64,000 nucleotides of DNA from Patescibacteria group bacterium (GTDB lineage: Bacteria; Patescibacteriota; Patescibacteriia; JAHIZJ01), in NCBI GenBank assembly GCA_028714495.1, contig JAQTMH010000004.1:128232-192231 (forward strand). The letters are read 5' to 3'. Both the position numbers and the translations under genes were made by a program. This document shows, piece after piece, positions 56,368-64,000 of this stretch (the first letter of the stretch is position 1; the number at the start of each line of letters is the position of its first letter). The notes beneath the pieces were generated by a model. It was given only the letters and a program-made list of their open reading frames with translations, had not been told where the DNA came from and searched no databases.

Positions 56368-57441
56368 ATGGATACAACAACTCAATTAGGCATAGCCAAG
56401 CTTCTTCGTCAGGTGGCGGAATACCGGGCCTCGGCCCTGCATCTCTCGGTGGGGAATCCGCCGATCTTGCGGGTGGATGACCAGCTCCGGCCGCTCCAGG
56501 ATGAAGGGGCGTTGACGCCGGAAAAGATGGAAAAAATCGGCCTGTCTTTTTTAGACGAAGAGCATCGGGCCGTTTTACAAAAAGACAAAGAGGTTGTCTT
56601 AACCTATTCTTTTGAAGATCGCGCCAGGTTTAAGGTAAATGTTTTTTACCAAAAAGGCTATTTGTCGGTTTCTTTGAAATACATACCGCCGACTGTTCCG
56701 AATCTCCGCGAACTGGGCTTGCCGGCCATAACTGAAAGATTTACTCGTTTGAAGAAAGGCTTAGTCCTGGTGACTGGGCCCTTTGGTTCGGGAAAATCCA
56801 CCACTCTAGCCTCGCTCATCGAAACAATCAACCAGACCCGTTCCGAATATATCATTACGATTGAACAGCCGGTTGAATACGTTTTTACAAACAATAAAAG
56901 TATTATTGAACAGCGGGAGGTGGGACGGGATACGGTTTCCTTCCAAAAGGCCCTGAGCAGTATCCCGCAGGAGGACGTCAATGTGGTGATGCTTTCCGAG
57001 CTGGATGATTTGAGAGTGATTGAGTTTGTCTTTACGGTGGTTGAATCCGGACGGCTAGTTTTCTTGGCCATGAATACGGATTCAGCCTATAAGACGATTG
57101 AAAAAATTATTAACGCCTTTGATAATACGAAACAGGAGCAAATCAGGCTTCAGTTGGCCGATGCCCTGGAGGGCGTGATTAGTCAGCGGCTTTTGACAAA
57201 AGTCGGTGGCGGCAAGATCGCGGCGGCGGAGATTTTGATGCCCTCGCCGGCGGTCAAATCGATTATCAAAGAAGGCTCGATTTATCAATTAAATACGATC
57301 CTGCAGACTTCCCGGGAGGAAGGAATGATCTCTCTGGACCGGGCGCTGGCTGAATTGGTCAAGGCCGGAGAAGTGTTGCTTGAAGACGCGCTCTATCAAG
57401 CAACTGATAAAAACGGGCTTAAAATGATGATTCGAATGTAA
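56368..57441 (+). CDS. PilT-like ATPase with degenerate catalytic motifs
   Basis: ASALHLSVG, RFKVN, GPFGSGKST, EQREVG; Asp box, Walker B region and His box diverged. Confidence 0.85.
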   Translation: MDTTTQLGIAKLLRQVAEYRASALHLSVGNPPILRVDDQLRPLQDEGALTPEKMEKIGLSFLDEEHRAVLQKDKEVVLTYSFEDRARFKVNVFYQKGYLSVSLKYIPPTVPNLRELGLPAITERFTRLKKGLVLVTGPFGSGKSTTLASLIETINQTRSEYIITIEQPVEYVFTNNKSIIEQREVGRDTVSFQKALSSIPQEDVNVVMLSELDDLRVIEFVFTVVESGRLVFLAMNTDSAYKTIEKIINAFDNTKQEQIRLQLADALEGVISQRLLTKVGGGKIAAAEILMPSPAVKSIIKEGSIYQLNTILQTSREEGMISLDRALAELVKAGEVLLEDALYQATDKNGLKMMIRM

Positions 57442-57444
57442 TTT

Positions 57445-58653
57445 ATGGCAATTTTTGACTATCGGGCCAAGGATCGAGAGGGAAACAACGTAACTGGCGT
57501 GATTGAGGCGCCCACGGAAAACGTGGCCGCCGAGCTTTTGGAAGATCGGAAGTATATTATTTTAACCCTGATCCAGCGAAAGAAGGCGACTATTTTCCAG
57601 GGGTCAATCGGCATGCTGAACCGGGTGCCCTTGCGGGAAGTGGTAATTTTCTCGCGGCAGCTTTCGGTGATGATCGCCACGGCCGTGCCGATTGTCCAGG
57701 CTCTGCGCATTCTCGTCAAACAGACCAGGAACGTGACTTTCAAAATAATTATCTCTGAAATCGCGGATGAAGTCGACGGCGGAGCCAAACTATCAACTTC
57801 ATTGAGCCGCTACCCGCAAGTTTTTTCCGAGTTCTTCGTCCACATGATCAGATCGGGCGAGACCACCGGTAAATTAGACGAAACTTTGATTTACCTCGCG
57901 GATCAATTGGAAAAGGATTATGACCTGCAGAGCAAGATTCGAGGAGCAATGATTTATCCCGCTTTTATCATGACAGCTCTAGTAGCGGTCGGTCTGGTCA
58001 TGATGATTTTCGTGATTCCCAAACTCACGGCCGTGCTTGAAGAAAGCGGCGCCGAACTCCCGATTACCACCAGGATTCTGATTTGGACCAGCAATTTTTT
58101 GAAAAACGATTGGTGGGTTTTAATTCTGGCAATTATTGGAATAGTATTTTTATATCGGTTAATCAGCCGCAGTGAAGCCGGTCGGAGGCAAATAGACTAT
58201 CTGAAGCTGCACTTACCGGTTTTCGGAAATCTTTTTCAGAAAATTTACCTCACTCGTTTTGCCCGGAGCATATCGACACTGATAGCCGGCGGCATTCCTT
58301 TGACCCGTACTCTCGAGATAGTGGCTGATATCGTGGGCAATACAGTTTACCGGGAATTGACGATTGATACGATTAGCGTTATCGAGGACGGAAATTCCAT
58401 CGCCACGCTTTTCGCCAAAAGCAAGGATGTGCCCCCAATGCTGACACAGATGATGGCAGTGGGTGAGCAGACCGGCAAGCTGGATATGATTCTGCGCAAG
58501 CTCTCTGAATTCTACGCGAAAGAAGTCGAGACAATGGTTCATAATATTGTTACGCTCCTTGAGCCGATGGTCATGCTTCTGCTGGGCGCGGCTGTGGCAG
58601 TGATGATTACAGCCATTTTACTGCCGATGTACCAGCTTTCATCGACGATTTAA
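57445..58653 (+). CDS. pilC: Type IV pilus platform protein PilC/GspF
   Basis: FSRQLSVM, GETTGKLD, AMIYP, GEQTGKLD, LEPMVM, AILLPMY. Confidence 0.93.
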   Translation: MAIFDYRAKDREGNNVTGVIEAPTENVAAELLEDRKYIILTLIQRKKATIFQGSIGMLNRVPLREVVIFSRQLSVMIATAVPIVQALRILVKQTRNVTFKIIISEIADEVDGGAKLSTSLSRYPQVFSEFFVHMIRSGETTGKLDETLIYLADQLEKDYDLQSKIRGAMIYPAFIMTALVAVGLVMMIFVIPKLTAVLEESGAELPITTRILIWTSNFLKNDWWVLILAIIGIVFLYRLISRSEAGRRQIDYLKLHLPVFGNLFQKIYLTRFARSISTLIAGGIPLTRTLEIVADIVGNTVYRELTIDTISVIEDGNSIATLFAKSKDVPPMLTQMMAVGEQTGKLDMILRKLSEFYAKEVETMVHNIVTLLEPMVMLLLGAAVAVMITAILLPMYQLSSTI

Positions 58654-58677
58654 TTGTAAAGATTGATAAAAATGTGG

Positions 58678-58766
58678 ACGCTCGGCGGGACGCCTTCGCT
58701 CCAGATTGGATATTATGGACGCTCGGCAAGACGCCTTCGCTCAAGATAAATGCAGGACGCCTTCAT
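58678..58766. repeat. Short array of 23-bp repeats, 41-bp period (left of pilins)
   Basis: acgctcggc(gg/aa)gacgccttcgct at 58678 and 58719, partial copy at about 58755. Confidence 0.85.
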
Positions 58767-58790
58767 TCAGGGAGATGTGTGGACATCCGA

Positions 58791-58819
58791 TTGATTTTTT
58801 CCTGAAAATGTGCTAGAAT
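58791..58819 (+). promoter_or_regulatory. Sigma70 promoter of major pilin (also present in the second copy)
   Basis: TTGATT-17 bp-TAGAAT with extended TG; SD gggaggtg before ATG. Confidence 0.6.
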
Positions 58820-58923
58820 AAAGATATATCAATTAGGTCTTTCATCAGAATAATTAAACATTGTTGCCTTTTAGGCCGGTTCTAGAGCGGCTGAAAAGGC
58901 CGATCCCGAAGGGAGGTGAAAAA

Positions 58924-59469
58924 ATGAAAAATAAAAAAGGTTTTACCTTAATCGAGTTATTGGTTGTTATCGCTATCATCGGTCTGCTCTCCACTCTCGC
59001 CATTGTTTCATTAAACACGGCTCGGCAAAAATCGCGAGACACCAAGCGACAAGCTGATGCTCGCACGCTCCAATCAGCCATTGAGCTATGTATCAATGAA
59101 GGCGGCACCATCCCAGCCACAGCAGCTACTTGGCCGGGTATGTTAGCGGATGACTGTGGTAGCGTAAAGCTTGGATCATTCCTTTCCTCGGGTAATATGC
59201 CCATACCTCCGGCTGGCGGCACGACCTGTACCACAACTGGTCCTACAGGTAACTGTTACAGCTATTGCAGAGACGCGGCTGGCACCAGATATCTGCTCGC
59301 GGCTGTGTTAGAAGGAACTTCAACAGGCGGCCTTACGACTAACCTAGGTTATCTAGCCAGCGAGTGTATCTCAGTTGGCTCTGCTGGTGGTGATGGTGGA
59401 TTAAACACAGCCGGACCTTTTGGAGCTAGTAAGTGTGCTGCTAACAACTATTTCTGTCTCGGTAAGTAA
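58924..59469 (+). CDS. Type IV major pilin, copy 1
   Basis: MKNKKG|FTLIELLVVIAIIG class III signal; ATG 58924 after strong SD. Confidence 0.93.
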   Translation: MKNKKGFTLIELLVVIAIIGLLSTLAIVSLNTARQKSRDTKRQADARTLQSAIELCINEGGTIPATAATWPGMLADDCGSVKLGSFLSSGNMPIPPAGGTTCTTTGPTGNCYSYCRDAAGTRYLLAAVLEGTSTGGLTTNLGYLASECISVGSAGGDGGLNTAGPFGASKCAANNYFCLGK

Positions 59470-59486
59470 TATTACGCGATATATCT

Positions 59487-59518
59487 TCAAAAGAGGGTCA
59501 TTAAACGCCCTCTTTTGA
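59487..59518 (+). terminator. Intrinsic terminator (duplicated at 60875-60906)
   Basis: tcaaaagaggg-tcattaaacg-ccctcttttga. Confidence 0.7.
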
Positions 59519-59576
59519 TGTGACAAAAAAATATATTGTTGATATACTTCAAGGGTAACGGCTTGCCTTTACGATT

Positions 59577-60104
59577 ATGAAAAGAGGATTTACCCTAATC
59601 GAATTATTGGTGGTTCTGGCAATCATCGGGATTATCACCACTTTAGCTATTGTCTCGTTGAATGGCGCGCGTCAACGCGCCCGAGACGTCAAACGCTGGG
59701 CTGACGTGAGATCAATTCAGTCAGCCGTCGAGGTTTGTATAAACGAAGGAGGCTCGCCGCCGCCCGTCCCGGCAACTTGGAACGGCCTATTAACCCAGAG
59801 CTGCGGCGGTGGTCAACAGTTCGGCTCATTACTTGCGACCGGCGCCATGCCCATTCCGCCGCAAACCGGTTGCAGCGAAAACGACGTTGAAAATACTGAT
59901 TGTTATATGTATTGCATGAGTGCTAGTTCGTACATACTTTTTTCAAACTATGAAGGAACTGCTCCGTCTGGCGGATTAGATGGAGATATTACTAGTTATC
60001 CCAGTCCTGCGACGGATTGCATATTAAGCAATGACCAGAGGCCAGACCCTCTGCCGCGCTGTTTACCAGTTGATGGCGGGACATTCTGTCTCGGGAAGCT
60101 GTAA
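59577..60104 (+). CDS. Type IV pilin paralog
   Basis: MKRG|FTLIELLVVLAIIG; similar Cys pattern and FCLGK end as flanking pilins; own promoter GTGACA-17-TATACT (59520-59548). Confidence 0.92.
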   Translation: MKRGFTLIELLVVLAIIGIITTLAIVSLNGARQRARDVKRWADVRSIQSAVEVCINEGGSPPPVPATWNGLLTQSCGGGQQFGSLLATGAMPIPPQTGCSENDVENTDCYMYCMSASSYILFSNYEGTAPSGGLDGDITSYPSPATDCILSNDQRPDPLPRCLPVDGGTFCLGKL

Positions 60105-60178
60105 AGAGATTTCTTGAATTTGCATGCAACCTTTTATTAATTTCCCTGACTTCTGTTCTTAGGAGGAGGTTTAAAAAA

Positions 60179-60929
60179 ATCCGATTGATTTTTTCCTGAA
60201 AATGTGCTAGAATAAAACTATGTCAATTAGTTCTTTTGTCAGAATAATTAAACATTGTTGCCTTTTAGGCCGGTTCTAGAGCGGCTGAAAAGGCCGATTC
60301 CGAAGGGAGGTGAAAAAATGAAAAATAAAAAAGGTTTTACCTTAATCGAGTTATTGGTTGTTATCGCTATCATCGGTCTGCTCTCCACTCTCGCCATTGT
60401 TTCATTAAACACGGCTCGGCAAAAATCGCGAGACACCAAGCGACAAGCTGATGCTCGCACGCTCCAATCAGCCATTGAGCTATGTATCAATGAAGGCGGC
60501 ACCATCCCAGCCACAGCAGCTACTTGGCCGGGTATGTTAGCGGATATTTGCGGCAGTACAACGCTTGGATCATTCCTTTCCTCGGGTAATATGCCCATAC
60601 CTCCGGCTGGCGGCACGACCTGTACCACAACTGGTCCTACAGGTAACTGTTACAGTTATTGTACAAACGGCACTACCTACCTGCTCGCGGCTGTGTTAGA
60701 AGGAACTTCAACAGGCGGCCTTACGGCTAACCTAGGTTATCTAGCCAGCGAGTGTATCTCAGTTGGCTCTGCTGGTGGTGATGGTGGATTAAACACAGCC
60801 GGACCTTTTGCGGCCGATAAATGCGCTGCTGGTAACTATTTCTGTCTCGGTAAGTAATATTACGCGATATATCTTCAAAAGAGGGTCATTAAACGCCCTC
60901 TTTTGATGTGACAAAAAAATATATTGTTG
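60179..60929 (+). repeat. ~755-bp direct repeat copy 2
   Basis: Near-identical to 58785-59541, 6 bp shorter. Confidence 0.95.
60318..60857 (+). CDS. Type IV major pilin, copy 2 (variant)
   Basis: N-terminus identical to copy 1; differs in clustered patches. Confidence 0.93.
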   Translation: MKNKKGFTLIELLVVIAIIGLLSTLAIVSLNTARQKSRDTKRQADARTLQSAIELCINEGGTIPATAATWPGMLADICGSTTLGSFLSSGNMPIPPAGGTTCTTTGPTGNCYSYCTNGTTYLLAAVLEGTSTGGLTANLGYLASECISVGSAGGDGGLNTAGPFAADKCAAGNYFCLGK

Positions 60930-60938
60930 GGGTAGCAG

Positions 60939-60983
60939 TGTTTACAAATTGACGGCGGGATATTTTGTCTTGGGACGCTGTAA
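60939..60983 (+). pseudogene. 3' remnant of a second copy of the 59577 pilin
   Basis: CLQIDGGIFCLGTL* versus CLPVDGGTFCLGKL*; 38/45 nt identical to 60060-60104. Confidence 0.8.
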
Positions 60984-61104
60984 ATAGGTTTTTTTAATCA
61001 ACAATCCGTTCACCTGAAGCCGGGGAGCTTCGGGAGTTAAAAAAAGAGACCTACAATTTTTACTGACTTCCATTTTGTCTATAAATTTGGTATAATAACT
61101 GCGT

Positions 61105-61524
61105 ATGAAGGCTGCATGGAGATGGTTTTTAAGAGCTAGAATATTCGTTCCGATATTATTAATCGTGGCTGTTTTCGCTCTCTGGCAGTATACGATCGCC
61201 CATGAAAAAGCTAGGTCGAGAGATTTGCGGAGAATCAGCGACGCCTTAACCATTCAAACGGCTTTTGAAAAGATGTATTTGCATGATCGCGGCTACGCGG
61301 CTGCGGCAGAAGACGGTTGCGAGGAAATCGGCCAGCCGGTACAACAATGTAATCTTCACGATTATTACCGAGAGATTGATGAACTGAGAGATCCGGGCAA
61401 ATACGGATATGTTATTTCAAAGGTGCCGAATCGGGATGGCTATGAAGTTACGTTTCAACTTGAGATAAGTCACCATGACCTGAAAAAGGGCCAGCACACG
61501 ATTTCGCAGGAGGGGATAGAATAA
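61105..61524 (+). CDS. Pilin/pseudopilin-like protein without a canonical class III signal
   Basis: TM followed by KARSRDLRRISDA pilin helix, Cys pair, RDPG. Confidence 0.7.
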   Translation: MKAAWRWFLRARIFVPILLIVAVFALWQYTIAHEKARSRDLRRISDALTIQTAFEKMYLHDRGYAAAAEDGCEEIGQPVQQCNLHDYYREIDELRDPGKYGYVISKVPNRDGYEVTFQLEISHHDLKKGQHTISQEGIE

Positions 61525-61544
61525 GTTATATTCATTGAATGAGT

Positions 61545-61683
61545 ACGCTCGGCGGGACGCCTTCGCTTCAGTGGTAAGGATTAGTACGCTCGGCGGGACG
61601 CCTTCGCTTAAGGAATTGGAAATATGGACGTTCGGCAAGATGCCTCGCTCTATGATAAAAAAGGGACGCCTTCGCTCAAGATA
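61545..61683. repeat. Short array of 23-bp repeats, 41-42-bp period (right of pilins)
   Basis: acgctcggcgggacgccttcgct at 61545 and 61586, degenerate copy at 61628, partial at about 61663. Confidence 0.85.
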
Positions 61684-61698
61684 AGTAATAAATTTTAG

Positions 61699-62457
61699 AT
61701 GATTGTTCTCACCGCCATCCTCGTTTTCATTGTCGGTATCAGCATCGGGAGTTTTTTAAATGTGGTGATCTGGCGGCTACACACTCAGGAGGGCTTCTTG
61801 CGCGGACGTTCGTATTGTCCCAAGTGCCGAACGACTATCAGGGCTAAGGATTTAATCCCTCTGTTGAGCTATATTTTTCTGCGCGGCCGGTGTCGTGACT
61901 GCGGCAAAACAATTTCCTGGCAGTACCCGGCAGTTGAGCTGGCGACAGCCCTGGCCTTTGTCGGATTGTTTTTGAGGTACTCGTTGAGTGAAGAATTTAT
62001 TATTTATTGTATTTACACCGCCTTTCTAATAATAGTTTTCGTTTTTGATCTGAAACACTATTTGATCCTCGACCGGGTGATGTTGCCCGCAGCGGTTATC
62101 AGCTTCGTCGGCGGATTGCTTATTGGTCTCGGGTTCCAGCGCATATTGATCGGTGCTATAATTGGAGGTGGGTTTTTCATGATTCAGTTCCTCATCTCCC
62201 GCGGCAAATGGATCGGCGGAGGCGACATCAGGCTAGGCGCGGTAATCGGTCTGATGCTGGGCTGGGAAAAGTTATTAGCCGCTCTTTTCATAAGCTACCT
62301 GGCTGGTTCGTTTTTTGGCCTGGGTTTGGTGGCGAGCGGCCGGAAAAAATGGCAGAGTCGTTTGCCGTTTGGCGTATTTCTGACAGCGGGAACGCTGATA
62401 GCCTTGATCTGGGGCGGAGATTTAATTAATTGGTATATGGATTTATTGGGCTCATAA
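61699..62457 (+). CDS. pilD: Prepilin peptidase
   Basis: GSFLNVVIWRL, two CxxC, FDLKH and GGGDIRL catalytic Asp motifs, PFGVFL. Confidence 0.95.
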   Translation: MIVLTAILVFIVGISIGSFLNVVIWRLHTQEGFLRGRSYCPKCRTTIRAKDLIPLLSYIFLRGRCRDCGKTISWQYPAVELATALAFVGLFLRYSLSEEFIIYCIYTAFLIIVFVFDLKHYLILDRVMLPAAVISFVGGLLIGLGFQRILIGAIIGGGFFMIQFLISRGKWIGGGDIRLGAVIGLMLGWEKLLAALFISYLAGSFFGLGLVASGRKKWQSRLPFGVFLTAGTLIALIWGGDLINWYMDLLGS

Positions 62458-62461
62458 ATCA

Positions 62462-63082
62462 ATGAAGATGTTTTGTATATCAAAATCTAGAAAAGCCTTC
62501 ACTCTGATTGAGCTGCTTATCACGATTTCGATATTTATGGTGCTGGGAACAGTTGGTTTACTGACGTTTATTCGAAATCGACAGTCCAATGAATTGAAGC
62601 AGAGCACTTCTGAGCTAGCCAGCAACATCAGGAAAATTCAGAGCTACACTCGGTCGGGAAAAAGCATTACGAATCCCGTTAATGGTTTAATGGAAGTACC
62701 GCGAGCCTTTGGTATCAGTTTGACTAGCGTAGCCGGGGGCAATACGACTTATTTTCTATATGCTGATTTCGGTGATGAGACGGATGATTATTATTATGAT
62801 CCCGCCGTAGACGCTCAAGTTGAAAACTACTCGTTGGCAAATAATACGGAGATTGCCGCTCTGGACATTGGCCAGCGGACAGCCTATGAGAAAGTAGATC
62901 TCGTTTTCATTGTTCCAACCTCGGGATTGATAGCTCAAGGCTTCGCGCAACTTTTAAACCCGCCAGATCCGCCGGTTACCGATCTATTGAGGGCGACAAT
63001 CACAGTGAATCATGATCAGGCAGGCACAAAAGATTTAATCGTTGAGGGCGGTGTTTTAGGCGGAGTAACGATAGAGGAATAG
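62462..63082 (+). CDS. Minor pilin (FimT/GspH-like)
   Basis: RKA|FTLIELLITI. Confidence 0.85.
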   Translation: MKMFCISKSRKAFTLIELLITISIFMVLGTVGLLTFIRNRQSNELKQSTSELASNIRKIQSYTRSGKSITNPVNGLMEVPRAFGISLTSVAGGNTTYFLYADFGDETDDYYYDPAVDAQVENYSLANNTEIAALDIGQRTAYEKVDLVFIVPTSGLIAQGFAQLLNPPDPPVTDLLRATITVNHDQAGTKDLIVEGGVLGGVTIEE

Positions 63083-63086
63083 GTTT

Positions 63087-63704
63087 ATGATAAAAAGACA
63101 TAATCAAAAAGGATTCAGTTTACTGGAAGTAGTAGTGGCAATTTTTGTGATTATGGTCGGTCTAGTCGCCGGCCTGGTTTTGATCTATTCCAGCACCAAG
63201 GCGGCTGGCAGCAGCAAGAGCGAATTATTAGCTTCAAATCTCGCTCGTGAGGTAATCGAGGTGGTCAGAAACGAGCGCGATTCAAATTGGCTGGAGATTG
63301 ATTCGGGAGTTGATGTCGAATGGGATGCCGGTCTCCAGGGTGCGGGAAATATTTATGAAGCAATTCTTCATTTTAACGATACCGGAGATATGGGCTGGAC
63401 AATAAATTACGGCAATTATACTCTTGCCTCTCCCGAAACGATTGTTTATTACAATGATCCAACCGGAGCTAAAGTATACAATCAATACATTGGCATCCCG
63501 AGCGGAATTGCCACGAGTTTTAGAAGGTTAATATCAACCAATCCAATTTGTTATGATGGCGTGAATGAAACGATTGTTATCTCCGGCCTAGACTGCGGTT
63601 TGAATAAAAAAATCGGCCTGCAGATTTTAGTGACTGTCCAGTGGGACGAGCAGGGAAACACTCATATTTATAATCACGAAGACCGTTTGTATAACTGGAA
63701 ATGA
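63087..63704 (+). CDS. Minor pilin (PilV-like)
   Basis: QKG|FSLLEVVVAI, LAREVIEVVRN, VTVQW. Confidence 0.85.
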   Translation: MIKRHNQKGFSLLEVVVAIFVIMVGLVAGLVLIYSSTKAAGSSKSELLASNLAREVIEVVRNERDSNWLEIDSGVDVEWDAGLQGAGNIYEAILHFNDTGDMGWTINYGNYTLASPETIVYYNDPTGAKVYNQYIGIPSGIATSFRRLISTNPICYDGVNETIVISGLDCGLNKKIGLQILVTVQWDEQGNTHIYNHEDRLYNWK

Positions 63705-64000
63705 AGAATATGAATTCACATTCAATAAAAAATAAAAAAGGATTTGGCTTAATGGAAGCGGTGGTCGTCACAGCGATTTTTGCCGTCACCATGACAGTCA
63801 TTTCCACGATTTTGATAAACAGCCTGCGTTTTCAGCGACAGGTCAACGCTGAACAAGCAGTCGTTGGCTCGGCCCGTGACGCGCTGGAAACCCTCGCCCG
63901 GGAGATTCGCCTCGGCTATATTGACTATACGGAGCACTTGCCGCAGAGCGGCCATGAGCTTGATTCGGCTGTCAACAGTTTATTCGTCAAAACTAGCGCT
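63701..64000 (+). CDS. Minor pilin (PilW-like), runs off the window end
   Basis: ATG overlapping previous stop; KKG|FGLMEAVVV...LETLAREIRLG. Confidence 0.8.
   Translation, partial: MKNMNSHSIKNKKGFGLMEAVVVTAIFAVTMTVISTILINSLRFQRQVNAEQAVVGSARDALETLAREIRLGYIDYTEHLPQSGHELDSAVNSLFVKTSA

Larger units (their letters stand above)
58785..59541 (+). repeat. ~755-bp direct repeat copy 1 (promoter, pilin, terminator)
   Basis: Near-identical to 60179-60929. Confidence 0.95.

Noticed and set aside
58861-58923. TTG-start extensions of the pilins (also 60255-60317)
   Set aside because: A strong SD directly precedes the ATG of MKNKKGF, giving a normal short prepilin leader.
58678-61683. CRISPR arrays
   Set aside because: Only 2-4 degenerate repeats per array, spacers about 18 bp and partly similar to each other, and no cas genes in the window.

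Overview
64 kb of a bacterial chromosome read with genetic code 11. Gene content points to Patescibacteria/CPR (inference): VirB2-like Cys-rich pilins, a PrgI/TraC-like/VirB4 cluster with no relaxase, split PEP-utilising domains, tRNA-Arg(GCG) and large Cys/Trp-rich surface proteins. From left to right the window holds: three stand-alone receiver genes, a giant FN3 surface protein and a kinase-less Cache sensor; small accessory genes; a pilin fused to a peptidase-like domain; an alpha-2-macroglobulin with a Hint domain; a MEMO-family gene; gpmI; a phosphatase; NifU-C; a split PEP-synthase-like pair with an MtxX-like gene, interrupted by an amidohydrolase; the VirB4 cluster; recG; three tRNAs (two with duplicated ends) beside a GIY-YIG gene; comF, clpC, htpX, lemA; and a type IV pilus locus with mosaic duplicated pilins. 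The most striking signal is the macroglobulin: it has lost its CxEQ thioester but carries a non-splicing Hint domain after an RGG motif at the bait position. All product calls come from motifs read by eye; no database searches were run.
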